Positions 48,240 to 60,894 of a stretch of 64,000 nucleotides of DNA are shown piece by piece. A model generated the notes under the pieces. It was not told the DNA's origin and did not search any database. It saw only the letters and a list, made by a program, of their open reading frames with translations. Source of the stretch: Macrostomum lignano. Taxonomy: Eukaryota. Both the position numbers and the translations under genes were made by a program. Positions within the stretch are counted from its first letter, which is position 1. The number at the start of each line of letters is the position of its first letter. The stretch covers positions 124,001 to 188,000 of the forward strand of contig NIVC01000262.1 of assembly GCA_002269645.1 (NCBI GenBank), read 5' to 3'.

Positions 48240-49477
48240 TCCTTCTCCAAAGTCCAAGACAATTTCGTCTACATCCCGGAAGGATTCGTGCGAAACCGGT
48301 AGTTGCATAACAACTCGCCTGTTGTTTCCCCTTTGGTCAGAAGAGCCGCCAACCGCGCCTGATGGACACGGAGCACCCAGAGGTTGAAAATCAGTATCGC
48401 TCTGTTTAGCATTCGTGTACTAGTCAGTCAAAGTCGTAACCTCGGTGTCGTCCGAGTTGCGCCGAACTTCAGAGCAAGTATAATACATCCAAGTACAACA
48501 GCGCCGGCGTACTCCTGTACTTTTGCTCGTCGTATCGACAAAATGTCGCCGACACTCTAATTGACAGCTTGATCGGAGGACGACCCCCAAAACGTGCAGG
48601 AGACAGAACGACAAGACTGGTCAACAATAATCACTTTGGCTACGTTTATCCGCTTCCCAGCCTTCGTCATGACTTCCTCGGGCGGCTGCAGTGTGTCGAT
48701 TGCTCCAAGGACATCGACATTTCTAATATAAGGCAATGAAGAGGGGACAGTTTTAAAAGTCTTTTAAAACCTCAAAACGCTTTTTAAAGTTCATTTGAAT
48801 CCTACCTACATCAATAGACGAATGAATATAATGGACTGCTAGTCTAGCCAACATCAAGGGATGAAGGCATAGAATGGATTGCTATTATTTTACAAAATAA
48901 TTTATAAAAGCCGAACATACGCTACAGTGCTACATAATTGCCTATACAATTCACATTTTCTATACTATTATGTCTATTGTACATATAATAATATTGTATA
49001 CTGTCTGTCCATACAATACATACAAGTAGATAGATACAATGCAACTCACTCTTGCAGGCGTACGTTTTGAAGGTCGCTTATTCCCGTATAGTTACACGCC
49101 CGTTCACTAACAGTCGGAAATTCATTGCTTCGATATATTGATCCCTTGGAGTCAACTGAAAGAGACACCTCCATAGGATTATTCGTGCTGTTGTATCTCG
49201 GATCCGAAGTCTTTACCATTCCGCCGGCTATGCGAACAGCATCGGAAGTATTGCAAACTTCCCAAATAGACCGCAGGTCCTTGCCGAAAACGCTGACTCT
49301 CATCTCAGCCGAGTCGTCCACCAAGACGAATGAAAAAACTTCGCCTCGGACGTCGTTCTTCATGTAGAACCTGATCGCCTTTAACTCGGTTACAAGGCCA
49401 GTAACCGCTGTATTCATGTAGCCCAGTTTCAGGCCAGAGATTTTACCCTTCATCTTCTTGGTGATTGTAGACGCCAT
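48240..49477 (-). pseudogene. Second RPA1-like two-OB-fold gene, disrupted
   Basis: Exon 1 (ATG 49477, GTGAGT donor, phase 2) aligns with 28945-29384 (VFSFVL.D..AE.RVSVFGK, RIAGG.VK.S.P.YN.T.N..EVSLS.DSKGSI). Exon 2 from 48722 (NVDVLG..VD.S..V.C.FWG) has a TAG stop, a frameshift and a second stop. Confidence 0.82.
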
Positions 49478-50889
49478 TGTTGCGAAGTTATTTAGTTTTA
49501 ACAAAGTATAAACAAAACTTAGAAAATAGAAATAGAAAGAGCTTATAGAAATGTTGCAGTGCAAAATACTTCAGTAGAAATAGCAGGTTAAAATCACAAT
49601 TTGCAGTACATTTTGACTTAAATAGTCAAGCCCACACCCCAATCACCAGCAGTCAACCCACACCACTAAACAGCCAATCAGAATGCAGATACCCCTCCCT
49701 CCCCTGTCTGCAATCTCTTCGTTTCCAGACTAAATCCGCTGGGGTGGGTGGGCTCTGAACCTTGTGGCGTGATCTCACGACACTAATTGAACTCCCACGG
49801 CCAACCCCTCTCAACTTTGTCTGCGACTTATCGTTTTTCACACTCATGAAGAGCAGCATAAACTTTCTTAGTTATTTATCCAGTTCATCTGAACTTGTTT
49901 GTGTTTACTCCATTTTCTCACCCTTCTCTATCTAATTCAGTCTTATTCTTTTCTCAGTTTGTAGCCGCCGTCTGATTGGCTCTATAATCTCGCGGCTATC
50001 TCCACCACCCCTCCTAATTCTTACTTGCAATCAACCCTAACCCCGGAGTTTACACCTGAGTCATTGAAATGACTAAGAAAGTAGCAACAATTAAAAACTG
50101 CGGGGTATTCTGTGTTGTTTACCGCTTCAAACTGGTTTTGATTCAATCTCCCCAGGCCCAGCTTGGCAAGTCACCCAACCAAAACTGTGCTCTCGCCCCT
50201 TCTCTCTGTCCAGTGTGAGCTTCACCCCTAAGCCGTGCATAGCTTAGCCCCAACCCGTCCAGCCACTGCCGTCACTCTTGCTTAGCTTCATTTGTCCACC
50301 TCAGCCCTGAGTGGCTAATCCCCACACGACGGGGCCAATCGGGTTGGGCAAGCACGAACCCACTCCAGAAAGTTTTGCTATATATATATATACTGTAGAT
50401 TATTACTCTACGCCAACTTAAGATATCCAAACAAATATCTCTACATATAGAAATCAAAACTTAGTAAATTAAATAAGATTTAGTGCAGACTTAAGATTTA
50501 TCATGAAAGTAACAATAATAGAAAAGGGGCAGCAGCGGCAGCGCCGCCCACGCAATCCCCGAAAACGTAAGTATTGCATACATTTTTGGTTACTACTTTA
50601 TCATTTAATCACACCCCCTCCTAGACCTTGCTTTCTTTCTTCTTGACTCTGAGAAGCAAACAAACCAATCAATATATACGATACCATTCTTAGGAACCAA
50701 AATCTCATTTTAATTCCGGGCTTACCTACCAATGAAACATCACGTGCTTTTATAGAATCTTAAAATTAACAATGCAACTTTCCCTACTTAATTTCATGGC
50801 CGTATCGTGCTACTTCTGCGGAAAAAACCACAAGGCAGCTCAGTGCGAAGATCTAAAACAATACGCGCAACAGCAGCAGCATCAGCACG

Positions 50890-51103
50890 GTGCCGGTGTT
50901 GCGGCATGGAAGATGAGACGATGGAGCACATCTGGGACTGCCCGGCGACGGATGGCAGAAGGAGGATGTGGTGCTGTGAAGGCATGCAGGCGGTCTGCGA
51001 GCAACCGAAGGAAGCCCGGAGTTACTGGGAGTGGTGGAGAAGCCTCCCGCAGTGGGGAGCCAATGTCGAGGACGAAAACGGACAGGGCGGAGTAGCAGTG
51101 TAG
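50890..51103 (+). mobile_element. Probable 3' fragment of a non-LTR retrotransposon (C-terminal CCHC zinc finger)
   Basis: RCRCCGMEDETMEHIWDCP matches the CxxC..ETxxH..C motif at LINE ORF2 C-termini. Stop at 51101-51103 followed by a CAA/CAG tract. Confidence 0.5.
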
Positions 51104-51107
51104 TTGG

Positions 51108-51232
51108 CATCAACAACAACAACAACAACAGCAGCAGCAGCAGCAGCAGCAGCAACAGCAGGAGCAGCAGCAACATCAGCAGAAGCAGCAACAGCAGCAG
51201 AAGCAGAACAAATAAGCAGCAGCAGCAGAATA
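51108..51232 (+). repeat. (CAA)n(CAG)n imperfect trinucleotide tract
   Basis: Direct reading. Confidence 0.95.
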
Positions 51233-51724
51233 ACTTGCAACTTTACTATTAATTTAAGTATTTATTATAACCACATAAGCTTAACTACTATTAATTACTT
51301 TATAATTCAACTGCGTAAAATATATTCACTTCATAATAATTAATTTAATTCAGTAATAACTTAATGAAAGCTGTAATTTGAAATTTGCTAAACAGAGTGT
51401 GCTTTCTGAACTTTCTCCTTTGAATTAGTGTAGAGCAGCGTAGCGCAGTGTAGTGTAGCGCAGCCATTGGCGGAAACTAATAGAACAAAAGTTTTACTAT
51501 ATGGATTAAATTAAATCTTACTACATGCACTTAATATAGTAGTTGTTACAATAGAGTCCCAAATTAGAGACTTATTAATGGGGGACTTCTCTCCTATATA
51601 AGTAGTAAATAATCCCTTTCTTTACGTAATCAGACAAATAAAAAGACGCTCTGCACAGTAATTACAATTACAATTTTTTATTTACTCTGTATATTTACAA
51701 TTGCAGTAATCATTGCAGTAATCA

Positions 51725-52115
51725 TGGTTTGCCAAGTGCAATAATCCTTGGTTTATTAAGAGCAATAATCCTTGGTTTGCCAAGTGCAATAATCCTTGGT
51801 CTATCAAGTGCAGTAATCCTTGATTTATCGAGTGCAGTAATCCTTGGTTTATCGAGTGCAGTAATCCTTGGTTTTCCAAGTGCAATAATCATTGGTTTGC
51901 CAAGTGCAATATTCCTTGGCTTATCGAGTGCAGTAATCCTTGGTTTGCCAAGTGCAATAATCCTTGGTTTATCAAGCGCATTAATCCTTGGTTTATCAAG
52001 CGCAGTAATCCTTGGTTTATCTAGTGCAGTAATCCTTGGTTTGCCAAGTGCAATAATCCTTAGCTTTTTAAGAGCAACAACCCTTGGTTTATCAAGTGCA
52101 GTAATCATTGGCTTG
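51725..52115. repeat. 24-bp minisatellite (CAAGTGCA(A/G)TAATCCTTGGTTT(GC/AT)), followed by (GATA)n at 52119-52214
   Basis: Tandem periodicity; ORFs 51722-52130 are 8-aa repeat artefacts. Confidence 0.93.
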
Positions 52116-52822
52116 TCAATAGATAGATAGATAGATAGATAGTTAGATAGATAAGAGAGATAAGATAGATAGATAGATAGATAGACAGATAGATAGATAG
52201 ATAGATAGATAGATGCTGCATTAGTAGGCTAGTAGCTCTCATCGAAGTTATAAATAAATTGGTTTCACTCAAACAACTCAACACTCACACCAAGTCAATT
52301 AGAGTAAAATTCACATGGAGCAGTAATGACATAATCAATTTCTTAGGCAAGTCAGTACCAGTCTCTATTAAAGTTAGCAATGTGGTTACGCAATATAAAT
52401 CAAGCTATTGTGCTATGCTTCCACACTGCGTTTTCAATGCTGTGATGTAATTCAATTCAGTGTCAAAATTCAGACAGTACACAGATGATAAATAAAGAGC
52501 CTATTGTGATGCAATCTATTTCAGAATCAGAATTCAACCATTGAGTTTTTTCTCTAGCATTCTTACAATGCATTTCAAGTCGAAAAGTTTGCTTGACCTT
52601 TGCAAAAAAGCATGTTTTTCGAATATTTATTTCCTTTAGCATTGAGCAATTTCTTAGCCACGATGCATGTACAGTCACGGAAAATTTCTGATCGAATGGT
52701 GCAAGTTCGAACAAAATCGGTTGAGCCATTTTTTCTCTAATCGATCACATAAATAGATAGATAGATAGATAGACACAGACAGACCATTTTTAGTATTAGG
52801 AAGACCATTTTTAGTATTAGGA

Positions 52823-55013
52823 CTAGCAATCTACGCCCCCCGTTGGGGAGCCAAATAAATGCAATACACGTTTTTTTAATAAGCTACATGTATCCTTGAA
52901 ATCTTAAAAAATCTCCTGTCAAACCTTGTAAGCCTTGACATGTCAGTAATTCCCCCCCCACAAGTTTTAACATATCAACTTCCCCCTTGACATCTCAGCG
53001 ATGCCCCCAATAAGCCTTGGAAATCTAAAAATATCTGACAAACTTCTAACCCTAACCCTAGCCTAACCCTAACCATAACCTAACATAGAAGCATTGAAAT
53101 TTCAGTAATTCTCTCTAAGAGTCATTATAGCACTACTACAGCATTATAGCGATTCCCTGCAAGCCTCGACATCGTAGGGATTCCCAAATGAATCTCTTAA
53201 CTTCGACATGAAGCTTCTTTTATTTTTTACATTACGTTTTTTTTCAGTGATCCCTCCCCCGAGGAGGCATCAAATGATGTAATAAAAAGTTTTCAATAAA
53301 CTACATGTAGCTTTTGACTTTAGCCTTAAAATCTCATTTATACCCCCGTGAGCCTTGACATCTCAGCTATTCCCCCCGTAAGCCTTAACATGTCAGCGAT
53401 GGCCCCCATAAACCTTGAAATCTAAAAAATCCCCTGTTATTCTGTTAACCTTGAAACCCGATAAAATATAACCCTCAACCCACACCTGACCTAAACCTAA
53501 CTTTACCCAAGCTAAAGCCTTGAGATCTATAACGATTTCCACCAAGCTTTGACATCGTAGCAATTCCCAAATGAATCTTTTAACTTCGATATGACTTTTC
53601 TTTTATGTATACGTAGTGCTACTTTTATTTTTTACATGACTCTTCTTCTATCAGCGCCCCCCGTGGCGAGCCAACAAAGAATGCAATAAAAAAATTGAGC
53701 AAAGTACATGAAATTTGAAGTAGCTTCTGACTTTCGCTTTGACATCTCAGAACCCCCCCCCCCGTAATCTCAGTTATTCTCTGAGAGCCTTTACGTCTCA
53801 GTTTTTCTCCCCAGCACAGCATTATAGCTGCATTTAATTTTTACATGACACCCTTCATGTCTGACATGACGCTTCTTTTATTCTACCATGATGCTTCTTA
53901 ATTTTTGAAATGACACTTTCATTAGTTTTTAAATGAGGCTTCTATGATTTTTTCATGACGCTTCTGATTTTTTACATGACGCTTCTATGATTTTTATATG
54001 ACGCTTCTATGATTGTTTACATGACGCTTCTATGATTGTTTACATGACGCTTCTATGATTGTTTACATGACGCTTCTATGATTGTTTACATGACGCTTCT
54101 ATGATTGTTTACATGACGCTTCTATGATTGTTTACATGACGCTTCTATGATTGTTTACATGACGCTTCTATGATTTTTTAAATGAGGCTTCTATGATTTT
54201 TATATGACGCTTCTATGATTTTTTAAATGACGCATCTATGATTTTTATATGACGCTTCTATGATTTTTTAAATGACGCTTCTATGATTGTTTACATGACG
54301 CTTCTATGATTTTTTAAATGACGCATCTATGATTTTTATATGACGCTTCTATGATTTTTTAAATGACGCTTCTTTTAAAGTCTTTTAGTTTTCCTGACGT
54401 TGAAAAGCTTTAATTAAAAAAATTATACTCTATAAAATTCGAACCATCGTCGCTGCATTTAGCAGTTCAGTTTGTTCACCTCTAGGCTAGCTCTCATCGT
54501 TTTGATGATAACATCAAATTTTGCACTTATATAATTCAACACTTTAAAATCCAAGCATAGAGTAAATCACACGAAGCAGTTATGACATAATCAGTTTCTC
54601 AGTCAGTCAGTATCAGTTAACAATATGGTTACGCAATTTAAATCAAGTCTGGTGCTACGCTTCCACACTGCATTTTCAATTCAAGTCGGAGTTACAATTC
54701 AGTTATGATGCAATCTATTTCAGAATCAGAATTCAACCAGTCAGTTTTTTTCTCTAGCATTCTTACCTTGCATTTCAAGTCGAAAAGTTTGCTTGACCTT
54801 TGCAAAAAAGCATGTTTTTCGAATATTTAATGCCTTTAGCATCGAGCAATTTCTTAGCCACGATGCATGTACAGTCACGGAAAAATTTCTGATCGAACAG
54901 TGCAAGTTCGAAGAAAATCGGTCCAGCCATTTTTTGTCTAATCGATCACATAGACACAGACAGACCATTTTTAGTATATATAGAAGATTTAGTATATAGG
55001 AAGGAGAAGAAGA
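52823..55013 (-). mobile_element. Non-autonomous Helitron 'Z' (~2.2 kb)
   Basis: Stuttered 5' end ..TCTATATATACTAAAAATGG, backbone, tRNA-like module (54437-54498), minisatellite E. 3' hairpin CCCCAACGGGGGG then CGTAGATTGCTAG (52823-52826). Confidence 0.82.
53930..54372. repeat. Minisatellite E (23 bp, TTTACATGACGCTTCTATGATTG)
   Basis: Tandem array; longer array of the same unit at 60895-61590. Confidence 0.95.
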
Positions 55014-55148
55014 CTAGCAATCAACGCCCCCCGTTGGGGAGCAAAAGAAATGCAATAAACGTTTTTTAATAAGCTACATGTAGCTCAGCCTTGAAATCTG
55101 AAAAAATATCCTGTCAAACTTCTAACCCTAACCATAACCCTTAATTTA

Positions 55149-55361
55149 ATATTCTGTTCACGAGTTTTTGCATGATGCTTCCATGATTGTTTGCATGATG
55201 CTTCCATTATTTTTCACGACGCTTCCATTATTTCTATCTAAATCTAAATCTAAACACTAAATCTAAACCCTGGCTAACACCAACCCTAACACTAACCCTA
55301 CAGCCTGACATTTGCATAAGTTTGTGAGCGCTTATGCACCAAATTTTTGTGAACAGAATAT
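55149..55361. mobile_element. Possible ~210-bp MITE
   Basis: 14-bp inverted repeat AATATTCTGTTCAC / GTGAACAGAATATT (compatible with a TA or AT TSD) enclosing E-like units and (CTAACC)-like repeats. Confidence 0.4.
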
Positions 55362-56224
55362 TCTTAGTTAATGACGTGAGATATTTTAAGCTTTATTTAT
55401 TTTCGCCATAGAACGTCAATACAAAGAACGTGCATATACGCGTACAATTTAATACTTGCATACTTTGAGTGTAGGGTGATACGAAACTGCGTGAATAAAT
55501 TCGCCGAACTAATAAACATTTCTGTTAGTTTAACAAAATATTATACACAGTAAATGTAAAAATTAACAGTTTTATTCAACTGTACTTTTACGAACTACAA
55601 CAAATAAAGAAACAACAAACGGTACGAGCTTTTAATTAGATTTTAAACAACCGAAAATTGACGTTCAAAAGTGAAACAATAGTTAAACAAACGCATGTAT
55701 TTATTCAAATGATATAATATGATCTTCTGCTGCTAATAGCAGGTGAAAATTTAAAATAATGTATTGAATAATAATTAATTAACAAAAGGATAGACTGTCG
55801 CTTCAGCAGATGGTGCCATCGACAAGCAGCCAGTATAGCTTTAGCAGTACAAAAATGTACATGTATATGCCATCCTGACTACCTGCCGACTCGCGTCACT
55901 GCTCAATTGCATGCATTGGGTGTAAGCAAAGGTAGAGACATTCATTCTCAAACCAAACATTAAGTCGCTCCGCTCTGCTTAAGGCTGCTACAGAGCTTGA
56001 CTGCAAATGCTCCTTTTAGAGTCTGGAACCACAGGGTATATAGAGCAGCTCCTATACACCATTCACAAACTCTTTTAGCCCAGTTAAGATGCAGTCAACC
56101 TACTCTCAATGAGGGCTGCTTTATAAATTCCAATTATACATACATGTTTCACCTGCTTATATATACCTGTACTATTATCTGTTTACTGACTGTATTTTAT
56201 GGTCTGTTCAGCGACTGTATTAGT

Positions 56225-56660
56225 GACTGTATTATTGTCTGTTAGAGACTGTATTGTTTGTTTAGAGGCTGTATTGTCTGTTTAGAGACTGTATTGTCTG
56301 TTTAGAGACTGTATTGCCTGTTTAGAGACTGTATTGTCTGTCTAGAGACTGTATTGTCTGTTTAGAGGCTGTATTGTCTGTTTAGAGGCTGTATTGTCTG
56401 TTTAGGGACTGTATTGTCTGTTTAGAGACTGTATTGTCTGTTTAGAGACCGTATTGTCTGTAGAGACTGTATTGCCTGTTTAGAGGCTGTATTGCCTGCT
56501 TAGAGGCTGTATTGTCTGTTTAGAGACTGTATTGTCTGTTTAAAGGCTGTATTGTCTGTTTAGAGGCTGTATTGTCTGTTAAGAGGCTGTATTGTCTGTT
56601 TAGAGGCTGTATTGTCTGTTTAGAGGCTGTATTATTTTCTGTTTAGAGACTGTCTGCATA
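56225..56660. repeat. 20-bp minisatellite F (GACTGTATTGTCTGTTTAGA)
   Basis: Tandem periodicity. Confidence 0.95.
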
Positions 56661-56917
56661 GTGACTGTATGATCAGTGGCTGTAGTTTTTGTCTGTTAAA
56701 TGACTGTATATTATGTTCATGTAAAACTGTTATAGATGAGTATAAGAAAGAACTTATGAAACATCCCTCGTAAATAGGATTTACTCAATGTACTCTCTCA
56801 GGGCTATCAGTTCATTGAGACTCCACGCGACTTTGATTTCATTCTCTACAGTCAGACGCCAGACACTTCTCAAACACATCCCTTGGACTTGAACTCACGA
56901 ATAGCGTCCGAAATCGC

Positions 56918-59900
56918 TTAGTCTCCAGTCAGCACCTCTGGGTACACCACGTTCCTCGTCTTAGTTCCAGAAGTACGGACACGGACATTAGCAGAGTTCC
57001 TTGCTCGCGACAGAGCCGTATACAGATGGCCATGAGTGAAGCAACCGACAGCGAGGTCCACGCCAACTGTGTCCAGAGACTGTCCCTGTGACTTGTGGAT
57101 CGTCAGGCAGAAACTCGGCTTCACAGGGAACTGTAATCGTTTAAAACTGACGGGCAGGTCCGCATTGCTAGGAATCAGCGGGATTCGCGGCAGAAGAATC
57201 TCATCTCCCGTGAACTGGCCAGCGGCAATCTTGCACCGAATCACGTTCTCGCCCATCGCGAGTATGATGAGCCGCGTACCATTGCACAACCGTGGCGGGT
57301 TGATGTTCCTCAGAAGCACTACTGGCATACCCACTTTCAGCCTCAACAAGGGAATCGGAAAGTTCGGGGCATCCAGCTGGTTCAGCAACTCAGGCGGGAA
57401 GTGCGTAGCGGCATCCTCATCGGCCTCACTGTCTATTGAGCGGTACTCTCGCAGGCTTCCGGGGAACATGCCCAGATACGTCTCATTGATGGCATCCACT
57501 GAGTCATTGTAAGGCGCTAGGATCGCTCGGTTTGCAAAGTAGCTGTCTCTCTCCACTGGTTCTTCAAACGATGGGTACACAAAATTGATCAGGTCAGTGA
57601 GAGGCCCTTCCGCAGAAATCACGATCTCGGCTGGCAGAGACACTTTCTCCTCCACATCCTGCTCCATTGTTCCGGATCCGATCTGTGGAGGGTTAAAATG
57701 TCGAATATTTCATAACCTATACACACTTTTAAGCATAGGCATTCCTAAATGACGCAAACTTAAAAAATTGAGCTCAAAAACAAATCCGCGTCTAGTGTAT
57801 CATTGTCAATCATTTAATAAACTGATGAAATCAGACTTACCTGCTTGAGTAGCTCAGTGTACATCTGATACGCTACAGAATCGGAACTGCTCAGCATCCG
57901 GATGTTTCTCGTCAGGCGATGCCGTTGGAAGTATTTCGACAGTGAGGATCGGCTCACACACGCCATGACGCTGTTAGCACGAGTCCCATGCACCACAACC
58001 GGTAGGAACTGCCGGAAGTCACCAGCGCACACAAACACCAGTCCGCCAAATGGCGAGTCCTGCTTCCGCACATCTCGCAAGCACCGGTCGACAGCCTCCA
58101 AATCCTTCCGGTTTGTCATAGAAATCTCGTCCCACACAATTAGACGCGCTGTGCGAAATACATCAGCTTGTTTGGACTGCACTCCAACAGCGCACACGTC
58201 CTTGTTTGAGCGTAATACCCGAATTGGTATCTTGAACCTGACATGGAAAAATTTGGGTATCATACAGCAGAGGAAGTATTCACATATTTACTTGTTTAAT
58301 TATTCGTAAGTTACCAATAATTTACAAATTAAATATAAACAACTCACGTGGAATGCGCAGTTTGTCCACCTGGCAACAGAGTCGCTGCGATTCCAGAAGC
58401 CGCAACGGCGAGAGCGACTTCACCCCGGCTGGGCACGAAGGCCAGCAAAACCTCCAGCAGGAAGGTTTTGCCAGTGCCAGCGGGCGCGTCCAGGAAGTGC
58501 AAGCCGCCGTTGCCGCTCACAAGATCCTGAGTCACTGACTCGTACACGGCTTTCTGCTCGTCTGTTAGCATTGGTAAGCGTGCCTCAGTAATCTGCGCTT
58601 GCTCAATCGTATCGAACTGCATCGGTCCATCTTGAGGCATCACGGAGGCCGCAGGCAAGCCGTACTCTGGCAGGCTTCTCCCACCCATGGAGGTCAGCAT
58701 GCTCTGCAGCTCGCGGAGCGCTAGGTCAGTAATCTCCTCGGCACTTAGATCTCGATGGTGGAACCGCAGGTCCTCGCACATATCTTCGGCAAAAGAGCAC
58801 CAGAGGTCGTTGCCATCCTCAGGCTCGCCCCATATGAGAATGACAGCCAGAAGGTGTCTCAGGGCTCTTAGCATTCTTGACTGAACGGCCTCAGCTAGGC
58901 ACCGTCGCCAGTGGTCATCTCGCTGCAACAGGCCAAGTGCCATGCAAGCAGCCTTGGCGCTGGGATGCACAACGCCGTCCACGGTCTGCAGCGCCTCGAA
59001 GCTGGTTGGTCCCTTGACTCGCAAAAGGAGCATGCGAACATAAAATAAATCACCAGTTCTTGGGCTCACCGTGTACATGCGTGCAACGTTTGTGTTCCGC
59101 ACTACACCGGGGTGGCCATCGGCTTCGCGCCTCGCTTCGCCCGCCGCCACACTCTTTCACTGGCATACCACACGAAGTAGGACGGCACCTCCGTGTAGAG
59201 CAAGGACCGAGCGAACTCGTCAGTACGGCACAGCTTGAAAAATGCCGTCAACGTAGAGTCCCTCGGCGTCCTGGCTCTAGCACTTGCGGTCTGCTCGTTG
59301 AAATACACGAGCTGCTCCTCCGACTTGTGAACGCAGAGCCGGATGACCGCCGGAAATCTGTCGTGCACTTGATCAGAAGGTGGGAGAGAAATAATCACTT
59401 TTAAGTTTTTCCGAATACAAAAAGCCATAGCTTTGCAATATTTAAAATTTAAAATATTTATTACTTCAAAGCCCAAAATTGTATTCACAGCTTCCATTAG
59501 GCCAATGTAGCGCGCAGACAGATACTCCTTGATTTCATCACGCGGCCTCTCTCCATCGTTTGCCGCTACCGTTTGTGCCGGCTGCTGACTACCCGCACTC
59601 TGCTCTGTCGCTTCAGCAGAATTCTGATTGGCATTGACTTTGAACGTTGCCATGTCGCCGCCCTTCAGCAAGTACTTGATCACGTACTTGACCGACTTTA
59701 CAGTGGCACAAACTTCAACGTTCATGTGGCACGCAAACTGGAGCAACAGTTCAGGGCTATAAGGCACAACCCACCTGTGGTTTAAGGATAAAAACATTGT
59801 CAAACGTTTCCAACATAAAATACAAGAGGCATCTAATACTCATGACTCGCCTATTGTCCATGCGAATGCTGCGGCCTTTGAACAGTTTGTCCACTGTAAA

Positions 59901-60893
59901 TCCACCTATCTCAGGCGACAGTCTGCGGTACAGTGGGTAGCCAGTATCGCTGGTCAGCGTCACCTGCTGGAACTCCTTCGGAAAGCCCTTGCTGCATTCG
60001 CCATTCTCCATGCACGGGCACGCTGGATTGTCCTTGCAACAAGGACCATGGATCATGTGCGTTTTCACCAGCTCATACAGCACAGGCTGCTGCTGTGGGT
60101 CCGGAATCTCGGCAGACACGATGTCATCGTATCGGTCCGGAGTCACCCGCTGGCCGCTCGCGAGCCACAGAAGAAAGTGCACATGGGGGAGACCTGGATT
60201 ATCAAAAAAAGTATCAAGATATCTTTCAGTCCAATTATCCGATCTGTATCGAATTTGCATCATACAAACCCACCTATATTTAGTATCTTTATAACGATTT
60301 AAATTTCATAAAATTTAATACTGAGACTTGCACTCACCACGCTTTTGGTACTCTAGCGAGCAGACGTGCGCGGCCTCTTTCCCATAGCGCTTCGTTAGCT
60401 GGGCCAGCAGAGCTTTCTTCTTCATTTCAAAGACTCGGCTAACAATGTCCGGCCGGTGTTCAGCCCGCTGTCCAGGCAGCAGCTGGGCGCTGATCTCAGG
60501 CCAATTCGGATTGCATGTTGCCGTGACAAACAGGTCCGGCTTACAAAACTTGTGAACATAGGTCATAGCGTCCTGCAGCCTCTCCATCAGGTACCTTGGC
60601 CTACCAACGAAGCTTGAGGACAGAAGCACATGTGCGGGCTTGCCTATGTCACTCGGATCTCTGTCGGTAGACCTGCCATCAGCTGCAAACAGAGCGTCCC
60701 GCAGACCGCTATACGTCTCGCTGCGCAGGTCCTGCTGATCGGTCCGCAAATACAGCAGCCTCTCTGCCTCAATCTTGGCACACATGTCCACCAAGTACTG
60801 CTGAAATAATCTTCGGCCATAGTGTAGCACACTGAACTGGCCCGCTCGCACCATGATTTCGCTCGCGTATTACTTCATTGGCGTCAATTTCTT
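56918..60893 (-). pseudogene. Second spliced Helitron RepHel (Rep + PIF1 helicase), 5'-truncated and disrupted
   Basis: GRRLFQQY, EYQKR/GLPHVH, KYVIKYLLKG, AGTGKT, WDE, GDFRQ, TIHKSQGQS. Introns 60337-60194, 59850-59775, 59464-59369, 58347-58238 and 57840-57683. Stop near 60870, frameshift near 59130. Confidence 0.9.
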
Positions 60894-60894
60894 G

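Larger units (their letters stand above)
45514..52822 (-). mobile_element. Non-autonomous Helitron 'X' (~7.3 kb) with captured sequence including an RPA1-like pseudogene
   Basis: 5' TCCTAATACTAAAAATGG (duplicated). 3' hairpin CCCCGAAGAGGGG then CGCTAGATTGCTAG|T (CTAG 45514-45517). Confidence 0.78.

Noticed and set aside
49660-50345. CCAAT boxes upstream of the second RPA-like gene as a promoter
   Set aside because: Short motifs expected by chance; no transcription evidence and the gene is disrupted.
53045-55300. (TAACCC)n-like tracts at ~53045, 53470, 55120 and 55240 as interstitial telomeres
   Set aside because: Very short, degenerate and embedded in repeated transposon segments.
56109-56132. 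GAGGGCTGCTTTATAAATTCC resembling the mariner TIR
   Set aside because: Partial match 7 kb away with no TA-CG start; the true second TIR remnant lies at ~61941.
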